Of a DNA stretch of 64,000 nucleotides, positions 25,519 through 37,903 are shown piece after piece. Position numbers and translations under genes: made by a program. Every line of letters starts with the position of its first letter. Position 1 is the first letter of the stretch. The DNA lies in contig CM119267.1 in NCBI GenBank assembly GCA_051294375.1, positions 6,251,992-6,315,991 on the forward strand. Reading direction: 5' to 3'. The notes under the pieces were generated by a model. The model worked only from the letters and a program-made list of their open reading frames with translations. It ran no database searches and was not told the origin of the DNA. Source of the DNA: Paraspadella gotoi (Eukaryota; Animalia; Chaetognatha).

Positions 25519-28500
25519 ATGAAGATCGATTTGTACAACATCATGTGGCCGCCGCCCCCGGAACTTGTCGCCTACGATCGACGCGCCGTTGGCAATCTTC
25601 GCGAAGCCTTAGTCGATTTAAAGACATTAATTAAGGATTTGAACGATGTAGCCGGAATCGAGAGAATCCGATCGTGTCTGAAAACTATCGAAGACGTCGT
25701 TAAAGCCGAGGCGTTGACGATGACAATGACTCCCGATCCAGTAAATCGAGTCGAAAAGGAAGGCGTTGTCGTTTCTGATCAGTTAGAGGATCATTGTGTA
25801 TCCGATGATGTTGGCGACGCGGTCGACGATTCCGTTTTTTTATCCGCTTCTGGGAATGAAGAGTCCGACATTGAGGTGATCGAGGAGAGCGCCTCTCCTT
25901 CCTCTTCCTCACCGAGACAATCCACCGATTCCGCCCCAGAAAAAGTCTTCAGCTCCATAAAAATTATGGTGACCGGCTTGCCCGATTTGCCGCCCGCGGA
26001 TCTCAAGGCTTGCTTTCCGAGTGAGTTGGGCGTGGTTCTCGTTCAAAGGATAGATGCGAGGACGGCTTGCCTCTTTGTCGAGTCTCTTTCTCACCTCCGC
26101 GCCTTTGTCGATGCTAATGATTCCGAGTGCCTTTCGCTGTCCAACGGTTTAAAGTCTCAGCACGGTATCGACTCCCCGCCCATTCGCTGGCGCCTTTCCG
26201 CCATCTCGGAAGAGACTTGCCCGCTGCGTCGGGTCTTTTTTCGCGTCCTCCGCCGCGGAGAGCCGATCGAGGCAGTGGTGGAGACGAACTCTGCGAACTC
26301 CGCGATTGCAGAGGCCGTGCGGCGCGATTTTAAGGATAAGATCGAAGGGGTTTTCCACGCAGAGCTTTTTCTTCCCGACGATCCGACCGGCGGCTGCGTC
26401 TATTTTGAGAACGAGGAGCGAGCCGAAGCCTTTGTCGAAAGCAAATTGCACGATTTCGGAGAGAATGCGGTCGTCGCCGTTTGGAGTGGCGAGTCGACTG
26501 ATTCTTCAGTCAACTCTTCTTCTTCCTCATCTTTGCCTACTGACTCGTCAGCAACTAGTGTTGTTCTTACCAATTATCCCCCAAAAGCCGTCGTTTCTCT
26601 AGACGACAGTTCCGACGATGAGATTCTCGAGCGACCAAAGCCCTCGATCAAAAAGGTCGTCGATCGAGCTCTCCCCGACATGAGCGACGATTCTGGATTT
26701 CCCGCGCCTCCCTCTCCGCCGCTATACGACCTCTTTGACCCTGAAATTCAATCTTCCTGGCGCAGCGCCGTCGAGATGGCTTACCACGATTCTTTGCAGA
26801 ACACCCCTGAGGCCGTCTTGCGTCAGTTACGCCGCTTTAAAGATTTTCCAGACCTTCTGCCAATCGAGACGCGAAGTGTCGAGATGTTTCTCCGCAACGA
26901 TTTGGAAGAGACCAACGATGAAGTTATCCGCGCCATGGTCAGGGGCCTGAACCGCGTGAAACGAGCCTTTGAACGTCGACTGACGAGTCGGGCACCGGTA
27001 ACGTCGCTAAATTCCACGACTCGACTTACATCTTTCTCCGGGAAACCTCGGATTAAAAAGAATTCGCCTGTCGCTTTTGCCTCGCGAGATTTTCGCCTTT
27101 CGCTTCCCTCGTTCGACGGTCACAAGATGCAGAGAAGATGGCGAGACGCCATCTCTCAAACTCTTAAGGATAGCTGTAAAAAGTTGAGTGCGACGAGGAT
27201 ACTGGGCCCAGCTGTCCGTGAAATCTTTCAGAGATTGCTCGATCATCCCAGCTCATTGCCGTATCGGAAGGAAAAGATACATAATTTTTTAAAGGATTGC
27301 CTTAAAGTCGAGGGCCAGTCCGATATCGAGCAGGCGGTCGAGGTTCTGGTCGAGATCTTTAGTAAGACTTTCAACGCGAATGATCTGGTAAACATTGAAG
27401 CGTCGATGGTGAAAAAGCTTGTTTTTGAAGAAAATGCGGACCAAACTGTCGTTGCGAGAGAAGATGGGGATAATGTTCGCGGTGCTGTCCTCAATGCTGT
27501 GAAAGAGAACCAAAAAAGTCCAGAGAATTTTCATATAAGCAAAGTTGTCGATTTGACGGATGACATTTTGACTGAAGGAGAAAAATATTCAAACTCCAAA
27601 AAGAAGCTCAATAAAGGTTTGAACAAAAGTTGACGTTTTATATTTATGATGTTGATACATATATAATATATATTATATATATTATATATATAGCAGGTGA
27701 GTGTAAAAGTAAGCCTACTCGCTCGCAGTTTGCCATCGATGTTTACCGTATCGTTTGGTAACACTCATAAAAGCTGACGGTAAATTATAGTTTTTGTATT
27801 CGGATGTTTTAAAAGGGTAACAAATATGTTAGACATTAGGGCTGATGAAATATAAAACGTCAATTTTTGCGTTAGAAATCTGTGGGGTCGACAACCGTGA
27901 AAAAAATAACAAATGCCTCGATAATCCAAATGACGGGGACGCCTCATTTCGTTACAATCTCCTCGTGGATTCGGTTCCAGACGACGTCGAGGTCGACGAA
28001 TTGCGACGTCACTTCCAAGCCGTCGCCGGAGCGACTGTTTCTGTCAAAGTGCTGCACGAGACGGCGTCGTCATACACCGCCTGGATCAAGCTGACCTCGC
28101 GCCCGGCCCTTCTCCGCGTTTTAAACGCCGTACCGTTTCCCCCGATTTGGCCGGGTGTCGGGCTGAAGGCCACGATGGATCAGACGAGTTGCGAGGGACT
28201 CTTCGTGACTTCCGTTGACCTGTTGGATACCCGATCCCGGTTCGAGGATCGTCACTACGCGGCGCTCAAGTCCCACTTTTCTACTGTTTACGGCAGCGTT
28301 GACGCCCTGAACTTTTACCTGGATATGAGCGGCGCCAACGTTCTGTTTGCCGAGGAAGAGTCGTTGAAACGGGTGGACGATGTAGCGAGCCTCGGGACGG
28401 TCGAATTAGACGAAAGACTTTATCCGTATAAAATTTTTTTCTATTCTCGTTGAGCAGCTGTCGTGCTTTAGATTTTAAAGAAAAGATGTTTAATGAATGT

Positions 28501-31500
28501 ATCAATTATATTCTCCAATTGTTCAAATTATTCGTTAGCTTTCCCTGCCGCAAAGTGCAACTTGCCATAATCGCTACAGTTACCATCAACGCCACTCGTC
28601 GGTGAGTATCGTCAGTATGCAATCCTTCGCAGGATCACGGGAGTTCGTCACCGACGTTGGCATTCCGTCAGTTCCATTTGTTGCAGACAACGAATCGCTC
28701 CAAGTCTCCGTCTGTCACGTTGCCCAAAATGGAATTTTGTATATTCAGGTGATGATCAAACTCGAGATGCATGATCCTTCGAGCTCGTTTCAATTATTAA
28801 AATTGCTGTCGTTTTCCCCCTCTCAGCTCTCTAATTGGGCTTCGGCCCTCAATGATTTGACGGCCAATCTCGCCCTTTCTTTGACCCGATTCAATGGCCC
28901 CTTGCAGAATCCGAGTCGAGGTCTCTTCTGTGCCGCAAAATGCGCCAACGACGATTGCTGGTTGGTTGTTTTTCGCGTTTTTATTATTTTTTTATTAAAT
29001 TTATTATTTAACAGAAAGTACAATAATAACTAATTGGATTGTATATAATGCGTAACTATTAACTAAGGATTGTATATAGTGCGTACTTATTATATTCGAC
29101 GTACAATCAGGGGCGACGAGAGAAATAGCGGGCCCCCCACTGGCCCCTTGGCAGCCCCCCCCCTGCTCTCCATAATTTTAGTTTTAGTTTTTGATTACTC
29201 CAGTGCTCAAACTTCTGCCTCCTCTTCTTTTCTTTTTTTCTTCTTCTTTTCTTTTTTTCTTTTTATTCTTCTTCTTTTCTTTTTTTTTTCTTCTTTCTTT
29301 CCTACTTTTTTCTCTCTTCTCAGGGCCAGCCCGGGCCCCCCTGGAGCCTGGGCCCTCCGCCTGAGGCGAATGAAACCCCCGCTCTCGCCGCCCCTGCGTA
29401 CAATGTCCGTAATTTCATTGTTGTGATTCTTTCTTTCGTTGGGTTTGAAATTAGAAAACTTAAAATAAATTTATGAATGTTTATAACAACGACGTTAATC
29501 AAAATGTCGTTGTTGTAAACAATACTTAACGTATTTTACGTTTTCTAGTACGTAATTTCTATTATCTGTCGTTGAAGGCCAAAATAGTGTTGTACATTGA
29601 TCATATCTCCTATCTTAATGTTGCTGCATTGTGCGCAAGAATATGGTAAGATTTTTTATTGAGATAATTTTTAAAAAAACGTAATTCTGCATAATTATTA
29701 AACAAGTTACAGATGTGAAGAAACGTTGACACTTACAGGGATCCCGATTCTCCAAAAAAGTTTGAGTTCAGCATTTCGTTTTATTTTTTTGGGCTGGATT
29801 CATCTCTTGCAGTTGCAATGTCTGAATTAAGCAATAAACATGACGTAGACAGTATCGATTAGTATTTTATAAATTAAATCGAGTTTGGTTTAGTTAGTGC
29901 CACTTATTCTTTGCGGGATAATTAAAAAAATATTTTATGTGGGTTTCTTTGAATATGATATAATCGATATGCGTGATGGCCGAAGGACGCTCCACGGCTC
30001 TCACTGTCCCTGGTGATTCCACCATCGTCGTCACCTTTCATCCTATTTCCATCGATGGGGTTTCGGCCTGGATGGCGTTTGGACGCCGCCGATCACAAAC
30101 TCCGCTCTACGTTATAATCGAGGGCGCCACCGTGGAATTCTTAAAGGTGGCGCTTCTTCCTTGGATAAAATTGGGTTGTGACATCTTAGCACTCGCTCCC
30201 GCCGACCGTATCGTTGCCGCTCTCTGGAAATGGAGGTTGCGAGCGAATCTGCGATGCATCACGGTCACGGATCGCGCCGAATGGTCGCGCGGCAAGAAAA
30301 TAAATCGGGCGGGAGATGCCTTGGTTTTTCTGTTGCAGAGTCAAGCCTTTACTAGTTTGAATGAGGCCCAAGAGGAGTTGAAGGCCGCCGTCTCTCAGAG
30401 GTTTCCGGTCTTGAAAAAGGCTAAGAAGAAGAGACGTGGAAAAACCCATTCCAACCCCCAGGGGGAAACTGCCCCTTCCAACCCCCAGGCGGAAACAGCG
30501 ATTTCTACTCGCCCGATGGAAACTGTCCTTTACAAATCCCCGACGAAAACGGCACCTTCTTGTTGTAAACCACCTGAGGAAAAAGCCTTTTCCAAACCGC
30601 CGGCGGAAACTCTCATTCCCAACTCCCAGACGACTTCTGTTTCGAAATATTTGGTCTCGGACTCAACATCCAAGAATTTGAAGATTGAGTTATCCGCCAA
30701 GTCCTCCTCCGCCATTGCTGACTCTCGTCGAAGTCGTCGCCAGCGTCGAAAGGGAGAATATGATACGGAGGATAAGGTCGTCAGCGTCGATGATCCGCCG
30801 TCCCGAACACGAAAGGTTCGCGAGAAGGGCAAGCTTCTGCCCTCGACGCGCTCTTATTTCGAAGTTTTGTTGGAAGAGGTGGAGAAGAAAGGGATAAGAA
30901 GTTCTATTCAAGATGGAGTCGATGGGCTTGCGGCAACGGCGCAATTATCCGCCTTGGAGACCGAATCACAGATTCCGAGGTATATCAAAGTTTGTTTCGT
31001 CCAAGAAATGAAAATTTTAATGTTCTTTTTTAAATTTCAGTTAAATATGACGATATAAGTCACTTTTCGGTCAATCTGTCTATACGTCGGTCTATCTCAT
31101 TTACGTTTTAATGGTTCATAACTTTGGTAATACTGTATAACTTTAATTAGTATTCATTAGAAAGGCGATTTACTAAGAGATGCATGTTTTGTACTAGTGC
31201 AAAATGTGCACTCACTTGATTACTGTAAAAAGCGATCAGATGACCAGAAATTTAATGTAGAATAATTCATATAATTTCATCCTATGTATAATTCCATAAT
31301 CTTTTGCTATGATGTCTCCAGCCCAAATTGTTATTTGTTTGCTTTATTAAAAAATTGGCCGTTTGGAATGCAGTCCCGTTTTTCTATTAGTAATACGTAC
31401 ATAACTTTAAAATCAATTAAATTAAACAAATTTTCTTTTGAACAATATTAGATTCACCTCCAGGTATCGCGCTGTGGTTGAGGAAATGGACGGCGATCGC

Positions 31501-34500
31501 GCCATCGTTAAATTCGTAGATATCGGCAAATCGGAGATTCTCTCCGGCGAAAAGTTAAAGCCCCTCTCCCCCGAATTCTACCATTTGCCCGTTCAAGCCA
31601 CTCCATGTCGACTTCATGGCATGGAGGATTTATTTGCCGGAAGCGAAGGCGCTCAAATCCTTATGTTGATGGCACAAGAGCTGCTCAATAAAAATTTTGT
31701 TTGTCAGGTAGTTTTTTCTCCTTATTTTATCAGTTTATATTTAGGCGGCAAAGCTCATTTCTTTAACCTCTACTATCAAAGGTTAAGAGAGATGCGTCTT
31801 CCTCTAATGATTTGCCGACCATTTCTTTGGAGACTTCGGAGGGAAATTTGCTGCAGGCCATGCTACACTACTCGGAAAATATGTTGAAACGTGGTTGTGG
31901 GCAACCAGGTATCATTTAGCTACTTAAACTAAAACTCGTCTTTTTTTAAACTATTAATACTGAATGTTAAAACTTTATTTCAACAGCTTCTCCCTCTTCG
32001 ACTCCTGTCATGCTAGAGTCGCACGTCAGTCTTCCCAACGTCTCACCTTTCAAAGAGACTAATCTCGTCAAGGGCGGCCCCTACAAGATTCTCATCACAC
32101 TCGTCGAGAGCCCCAGCAACTTTTGGTGCCAGTTGATACAAGATGGCAAAAGACTTAAGTACATCATGGATTCTCTACAAACTTTAAAGAAAACCACTTT
32201 AAGGTCGTGGCCGCCGGAATTACATCAGGGTTTGACCGTTCGTTCGTCGATCGACCAGGTTTGGTACCGGGCCGTGGTAGTTAAGTCTGGTCCCGCTCAT
32301 CGCGTTGAGGTTCTTTTCGTTGATTACGGTCATCGGGAAACGATCGAGCAGCATCAAAGCGCGGAGCTGAAAAAAGAGTTGTGGGATTTGGAAGCCATGG
32401 CCTTTAGCGCTTCTCTTTATGCTCTTCGTCCCAAAAACGATACGTGGGAACCTGCGACGATCGACGCTTTCGACGCTTATACTTCTAGGGAAAACCTGAT
32501 GGCCTACTTCATGGGCCGAGACGTTTTCGATCGCGCCATCCTGGATATTTGTGACACTTCTGGCAAGAGCCTTTCTGAAGATCTGCTAAAAAAGGGCTTA
32601 GTGAGAAGAGTCGAGAATCCTTCGCTCGGTGGTAAAATTTCGTCGCGCGCTCTTTCCCGCGCATCGATACCATGTATGGGAGCACAAACTAGATCAATTG
32701 CACCATCCGTATGCGTCTCGTCCACCGCTCCTCTTCCTATGACCTCCTCTTTTTCTTATATTCCTCCGCTGGTTTCGTCCGAAGAAATAGCGACCGATTC
32801 TCTTTATCTCAACCGCTTCTTTCACGCTCCCATTGCCCTCGGTTCCCGTCACGTCGTCGCCTTTTCCTGGATCGTGAGCCTCAATGAATTCTATCTCCAT
32901 CTAAAAAGTCGGTCGCAGGACATGAATGAGATCGTCAAGGTCATTGACCGACTCTGCGAAGGTGGACGAGATCCGGGTCCCTCCCTGACCAACGACGCCG
33001 TCGGGTCGCCCTGCGTCGCCAAGTACGTCGTGGACGGAACTTGGAACCGCGGGCGCATCGAGGGCGTGTTCGAATCCACCTCGTCTTCTGACTCCGCCTA
33101 CGCCGTCCGCTTCGTGGACTTTGGCAACGTTTCTCGAGTGGTCAAGTCCGACTTGAGAGCCGCCCATCCCAATCTCATGACGTTTCCCGTCTCCGCCATT
33201 CCGTGCCGTTTAACTGGAATCGTTGCAGCGGACGGCGATTCCGACTCGAGGCGCGTTAATGTATCTCTAGCCATGGAGGGGGCGTGCTCGTCGGATGAGC
33301 TTTTCTGCGAATTCCTGGCCGTCGACGACGACTTTTATGAGGTGCGCTTAGAGGCGGGCGGAAGAGAAATCGCCGAAATTTTGTGCGAAATCGGATTTGC
33401 TCGAAAGATCGAAGAAGTCGGCGCAACGACTAATAATGTCGATGATTACTTTGTGATCTCCGGTGCCGCATCGAGATCAGTCGCCACTGCCTCCGCCACT
33501 AAGGCATCCTACTCGCCCGTTGTCGCCATGGCTTCCTCCACGATTGAGGCCGCCTCTTTCCCAGTCGTCGCCACGGCTGCCTTGACGTCTGTCGTTTCCA
33601 CGGTTGCCTCCGCGACGGTTTCCCCAACAACTAAGGATGACGCCGAAGAACTTCTGCCTCTCGACTTAACCTCGCTTCCTCCTTGTCCCCTTTGGGAGGA
33701 ACACTTATCCTCTCTCTCTGAGGAAACGACGGGATTTCCTTTTATCCGTCTTCTCCTCACTTCCGTTGTCGATGCCAACAATTTTTACCTCCAGTGCGTC
33801 GTTGACGACGACGGACAGAAATTTCAAGAATTTTCCGACGCCATCGAAGAATACTACGAGACCGAGGGTTTGCCCCTTCAGTTTCCGAGGAAGGGATCGC
33901 TGGTCGCAGCCAAATTTTCCGAGGACGGATCGTGGTATCGCGGAGTCGTGGAGGAGATTCGGCCGGTTTCGCAGGTTAAATTTCCAGTTATCTTACGATT
34001 TCTGGCTTGTCTTTTGTTTTCCAAATTTATTACTGAATCACACGCTTTATTTCAAGTCGCGTTGCGGATTACGCGTAAAGAACAAAAGTCATCGGCTGGA
34101 TGTCCCTCGCCGTTAAAATTACATAAATAGATCACTTAATCATTATATTATAAATTCTTTCAGGTCAAAGTCTTATATTTCGATTTTGGAAATTCGGAGA
34201 TCCTTCCCTTCTCGTCTCTGAGAGCCTTGCTGCCTGATTTCGCTCGATTTCCGGCGCAAGCTCATCTCTGCGCCTTCGACCCCGACGAAGGCGACCTCAG
34301 CGAACTATTGAAGTCGCTCTCGATCGATAAAGAATTTCATTGTCGAGTGACGAAGGTGGAAGGTGGAAAAGCTTTCGTCAAAGTTGTGGATGACGTTGCT
34401 ATCGCTCCTCGTAAAAATGACGTGGGCATCGGTGAAAGAATTTCCATTCCCGCTTCTACTCCTGGCGCTATCACCACCCTCAACATGGTAAGTACCACAA

Positions 34501-37500
34501 AATTTCGATTGGTGGTATTTAGCTAAACGGCCTCTTTCTTAATTGATTTTATATGTTACTTCTTTAATTATTCGACGGATAATTCTCAAGATTCATAATT
34601 TTTATCTTCTAACAATTTTATTTATTTATATCCAGCCGCTCTCGGCTCCATCACCGATCGGACTTGAATCGAAAATTTATTCTTCAAAAGATTTCCCGCA
34701 ATGTTCGAGAAGCGATATAAATAACAATATCCTCAATGGTCCAATTAGTGTATCAGTGACGACGAGTGATGTCATAAACCTTAATCGTGATTGCGGAAAC
34801 AATACAGAGCCAACCGAAGCGAATCGATATTCATCAAGTTTTGGTGACACAAATGTTTCCAGTAAAACGAAAGCATTTCCCCCTCAAACCACGGAAAAGC
34901 TCTCCGAAGGAGATGTAAGGGTTTTCGTCGCCTTCCTCGACGCCGACACCGGAGATGCTTTTCTCCAGCTTTCCTCCGACGTGGAGGAGTTGGAGCGAAC
35001 GTCTACGAGCCTCTCCAATTTAAAAAGCATGGCCATTCCTTTCAACTCTCTTTACGAGGGCATGCCTCTCGCCGCCCGTTTCTCAGCCGACCGGGCGTGG
35101 TATCGCGCCAGGATCGAATCGATCGACGTCGCGCGACGCCGCCTTTTCGTCTTCTTCGTCGATTACGGGGATTCCGAGGAAAAAGATTTCGACCACGACG
35201 AGTTCCGGATCCTAACCAACGAACTCGTGGAGGAAAAACCACCCTTGGCCTACCATTGCCACTTGGCCGTCCCTCCGCTATCCTCGGAGGCGGTGAAGCG
35301 GATTTTAAGCCAAGAGCTGACCGCAAGTTTCTCGACTTCAACTTCTCCGATGGAGGTCGTTTTGACGTGCGACGACGGAGAAACGTTTGGGGTTAGAAGG
35401 CGGGAAAGGAATGACGATAAGAATCATGGCCAGGATGCTTCAGCCAATGATCTTCTTCCGGGCGAGGGATTCGCCAAATTAGAATATCCCTGTCGAGATC
35501 CACCTCAGTTCTTGACGGATCAAACACATCAGGTCTTCATCTGTTACATGCTCGACATTCCCGACTGCTATCTCCATCTCGTTAGCGAGGCGAAGTTGCT
35601 GGAAGAAACCATGTCGCGCCTCTCCGTCGCTAACTCGATCGGCTTGCCCTTTAACGCCCTATTCGTCGGCTTGCCTGTTGCGGCGCGCTTTTCCGAGGAC
35701 GGCGCCTGGTATCGCGCTCGAATCGACGCCGTCGTCGCCGAAGAGCCGCGTCGAGTTCGCCTCTTTTACGTCGACTACGGCAACGAGGAAGAAGTGGATT
35801 TCGACTCGAGGAATATCAAGTCGTTACCGAACCAATTTCTTGACGACTTACCGCCCTTCGCCATTCGCTGCCGCTTAAGTTCATCAAGTGGGATCGAGGA
35901 TGACCCAGAGGCGTTGGAGAAAGAATGGAAGGCGACCTTCTTGTCCTCGACGCTGCCGTTTAATGTTTTTTTGTCTCAGGCGGCGGAGGAGCCGGTTTGC
36001 CCGACAGAAGACCCGGTTTGCCCGGCGGATCAGCCCTGTGTTATTGAAACTGATGTAGAAATCATTCAATCTATCAATCAAACAAGCAATCCTCTTTCTA
36101 TCAAACCCACCGAAGGAGAAAGCGTCGAGCGACGAACCTCCATTCGTTTACCTCGCCCTTTCGTCGAAGGAATGAAAAAACTAATTGATTCCAACGGAAT
36201 CACCGAAGTGAAAGTTGATTTGTCGCTGACGAATGGATACGCGTCAACGATTTTGCCGACGCCCCCTTCGAGACCTTCCACCGGAGCATCCGATTTAAAA
36301 GAAATCATTTTGCCCCCGCCGGATGAGTTTCAAGAAGACGAGGAATTCATTGTCTTAGAAAATGGAAGTCGGCTTTCAGAAAGCGCAGGTTCAAGTATAA
36401 AGTTACACTGAGGCGCAAAAAAAAAGACACTTTTACACCGAAAAAACTATTGGATGGATGAATATCACTGAGATATAGAAACATAAAACAAAGCTTATTG
36501 AAAGATAAAGCGATTGGTCCAGGTCCCATTAAAATCGATCAAAGCGTCCGAAAGTTATTGGACGTCAAAGTCGATTGGTACAAAACATCTGACGAGATTA
36601 AATTAATTTTAATCAAGAAGAGTCTCTAACTTTTCATTATTATAATATATTTATATTGTGATATAAATCCTTTTTCGTTGTTTGGGACGATTAGAGACAG
36701 TTTGAGTTTAGTTTTGACAACGATTTTTATTTATTTTTATTTTATCAGCTGATGAAGGCTTGAAATGAAGCCGAAACATGTCTGTTTTGAATTAAATAAA
36801 AATCGTTGTCAAAACTAAACTGAAACTGTCTCTAATATATTTATAATATGAAATTAGCTGAACAAATTTAGCATCAAATATCTGTAAGGATAGGTGTCAA
36901 CCATTTTCAAACCATATCAAATTAAAATAAGTAGGGAAACTATATAGAAAACAATCTTTTAAAAATAAAGAAAAAGCAGTTGATTGATAACTTACCCAAG
37001 ATTAATTTCAAAGCTTTTTCACATCAAAGTTTTTTTCCTTATGGCATCTTATGTTAAAGCAGACTAATATAAACTTTTACAATATTAAAATTATTTTGTT
37101 TATTTTTATCATAAAATTATGTTTTGATTTTGAGATAATTTAAGACATTATTTATTATTATTTATTATTAAAATGCCATATTTGGAAACAATTAAAAAAA
37201 TATTTTTATAAAAAAGTAATACAAATTTATTGCCAACCCTTTTATATGTTTAATTCCATTATGATTTTATTAATTCTATATTGTAAATATATATGAGTCA
37301 GAAAAAGAAGTGTCATCAATACTAACCTTGGGAAATGACTTTTTCCCAATTCTATTTTGAGACTCCGACTTTAAAGTCTTGCTATATTCTACTGATTGAA
37401 CCGATTCGAATTTTTATTGCACCAATCGATAGTTCTTTAAAAGAGCTATACTTTTCATATATATTTTCTCAAAATGAAAAGAGAAATAGGTGTATTTAAA

Positions 37501-37867
37501 GCTACCTAATGTCTTTTTTTTTTTGCGCCGCAGTGTAATTGAAAAAAAAATTAATATGCGATGGAAAATTTTGGAAATTATGATTGAAACAATTACGAAA
37601 ATGTTTAATTTGAGTTCGTCAACGATTTGTTTTTATTTTAAAAAACGTACATGTTTCGGCTCTTTTATACAAGCCTTCATCAGCGCCAAAAGTGAATTTG
37701 AAATTTACAGAATTTTTAGTGTAAAGGAAGAGAGAAAGAGAGATAAACAGAGAGAGAGAGAGGGGGGGCAAAGTTTCTAACACAGAGTTGAGAAAGGACA
37801 GTGGTCAATTGGTTAGGACTGGTCAAAGTTAAGGACAGAATAAGTTGTGAAAAGAAGTGAAAATGGT

Positions 37868-37903
<36 letters not shown>

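Noticed and set aside
28602-28632. Apparent 31-nt gtgagt...cag intron
   Set aside because: The frame reads through it into the Tudor domain, and removing it would shift the frame.
36460-36629. Short open frame ending VDWYKTSDEIKLILIKKSL, faintly like the start of a CS domain
   Set aside because: Too short, and I found no phase-compatible splice from the preceding exon.
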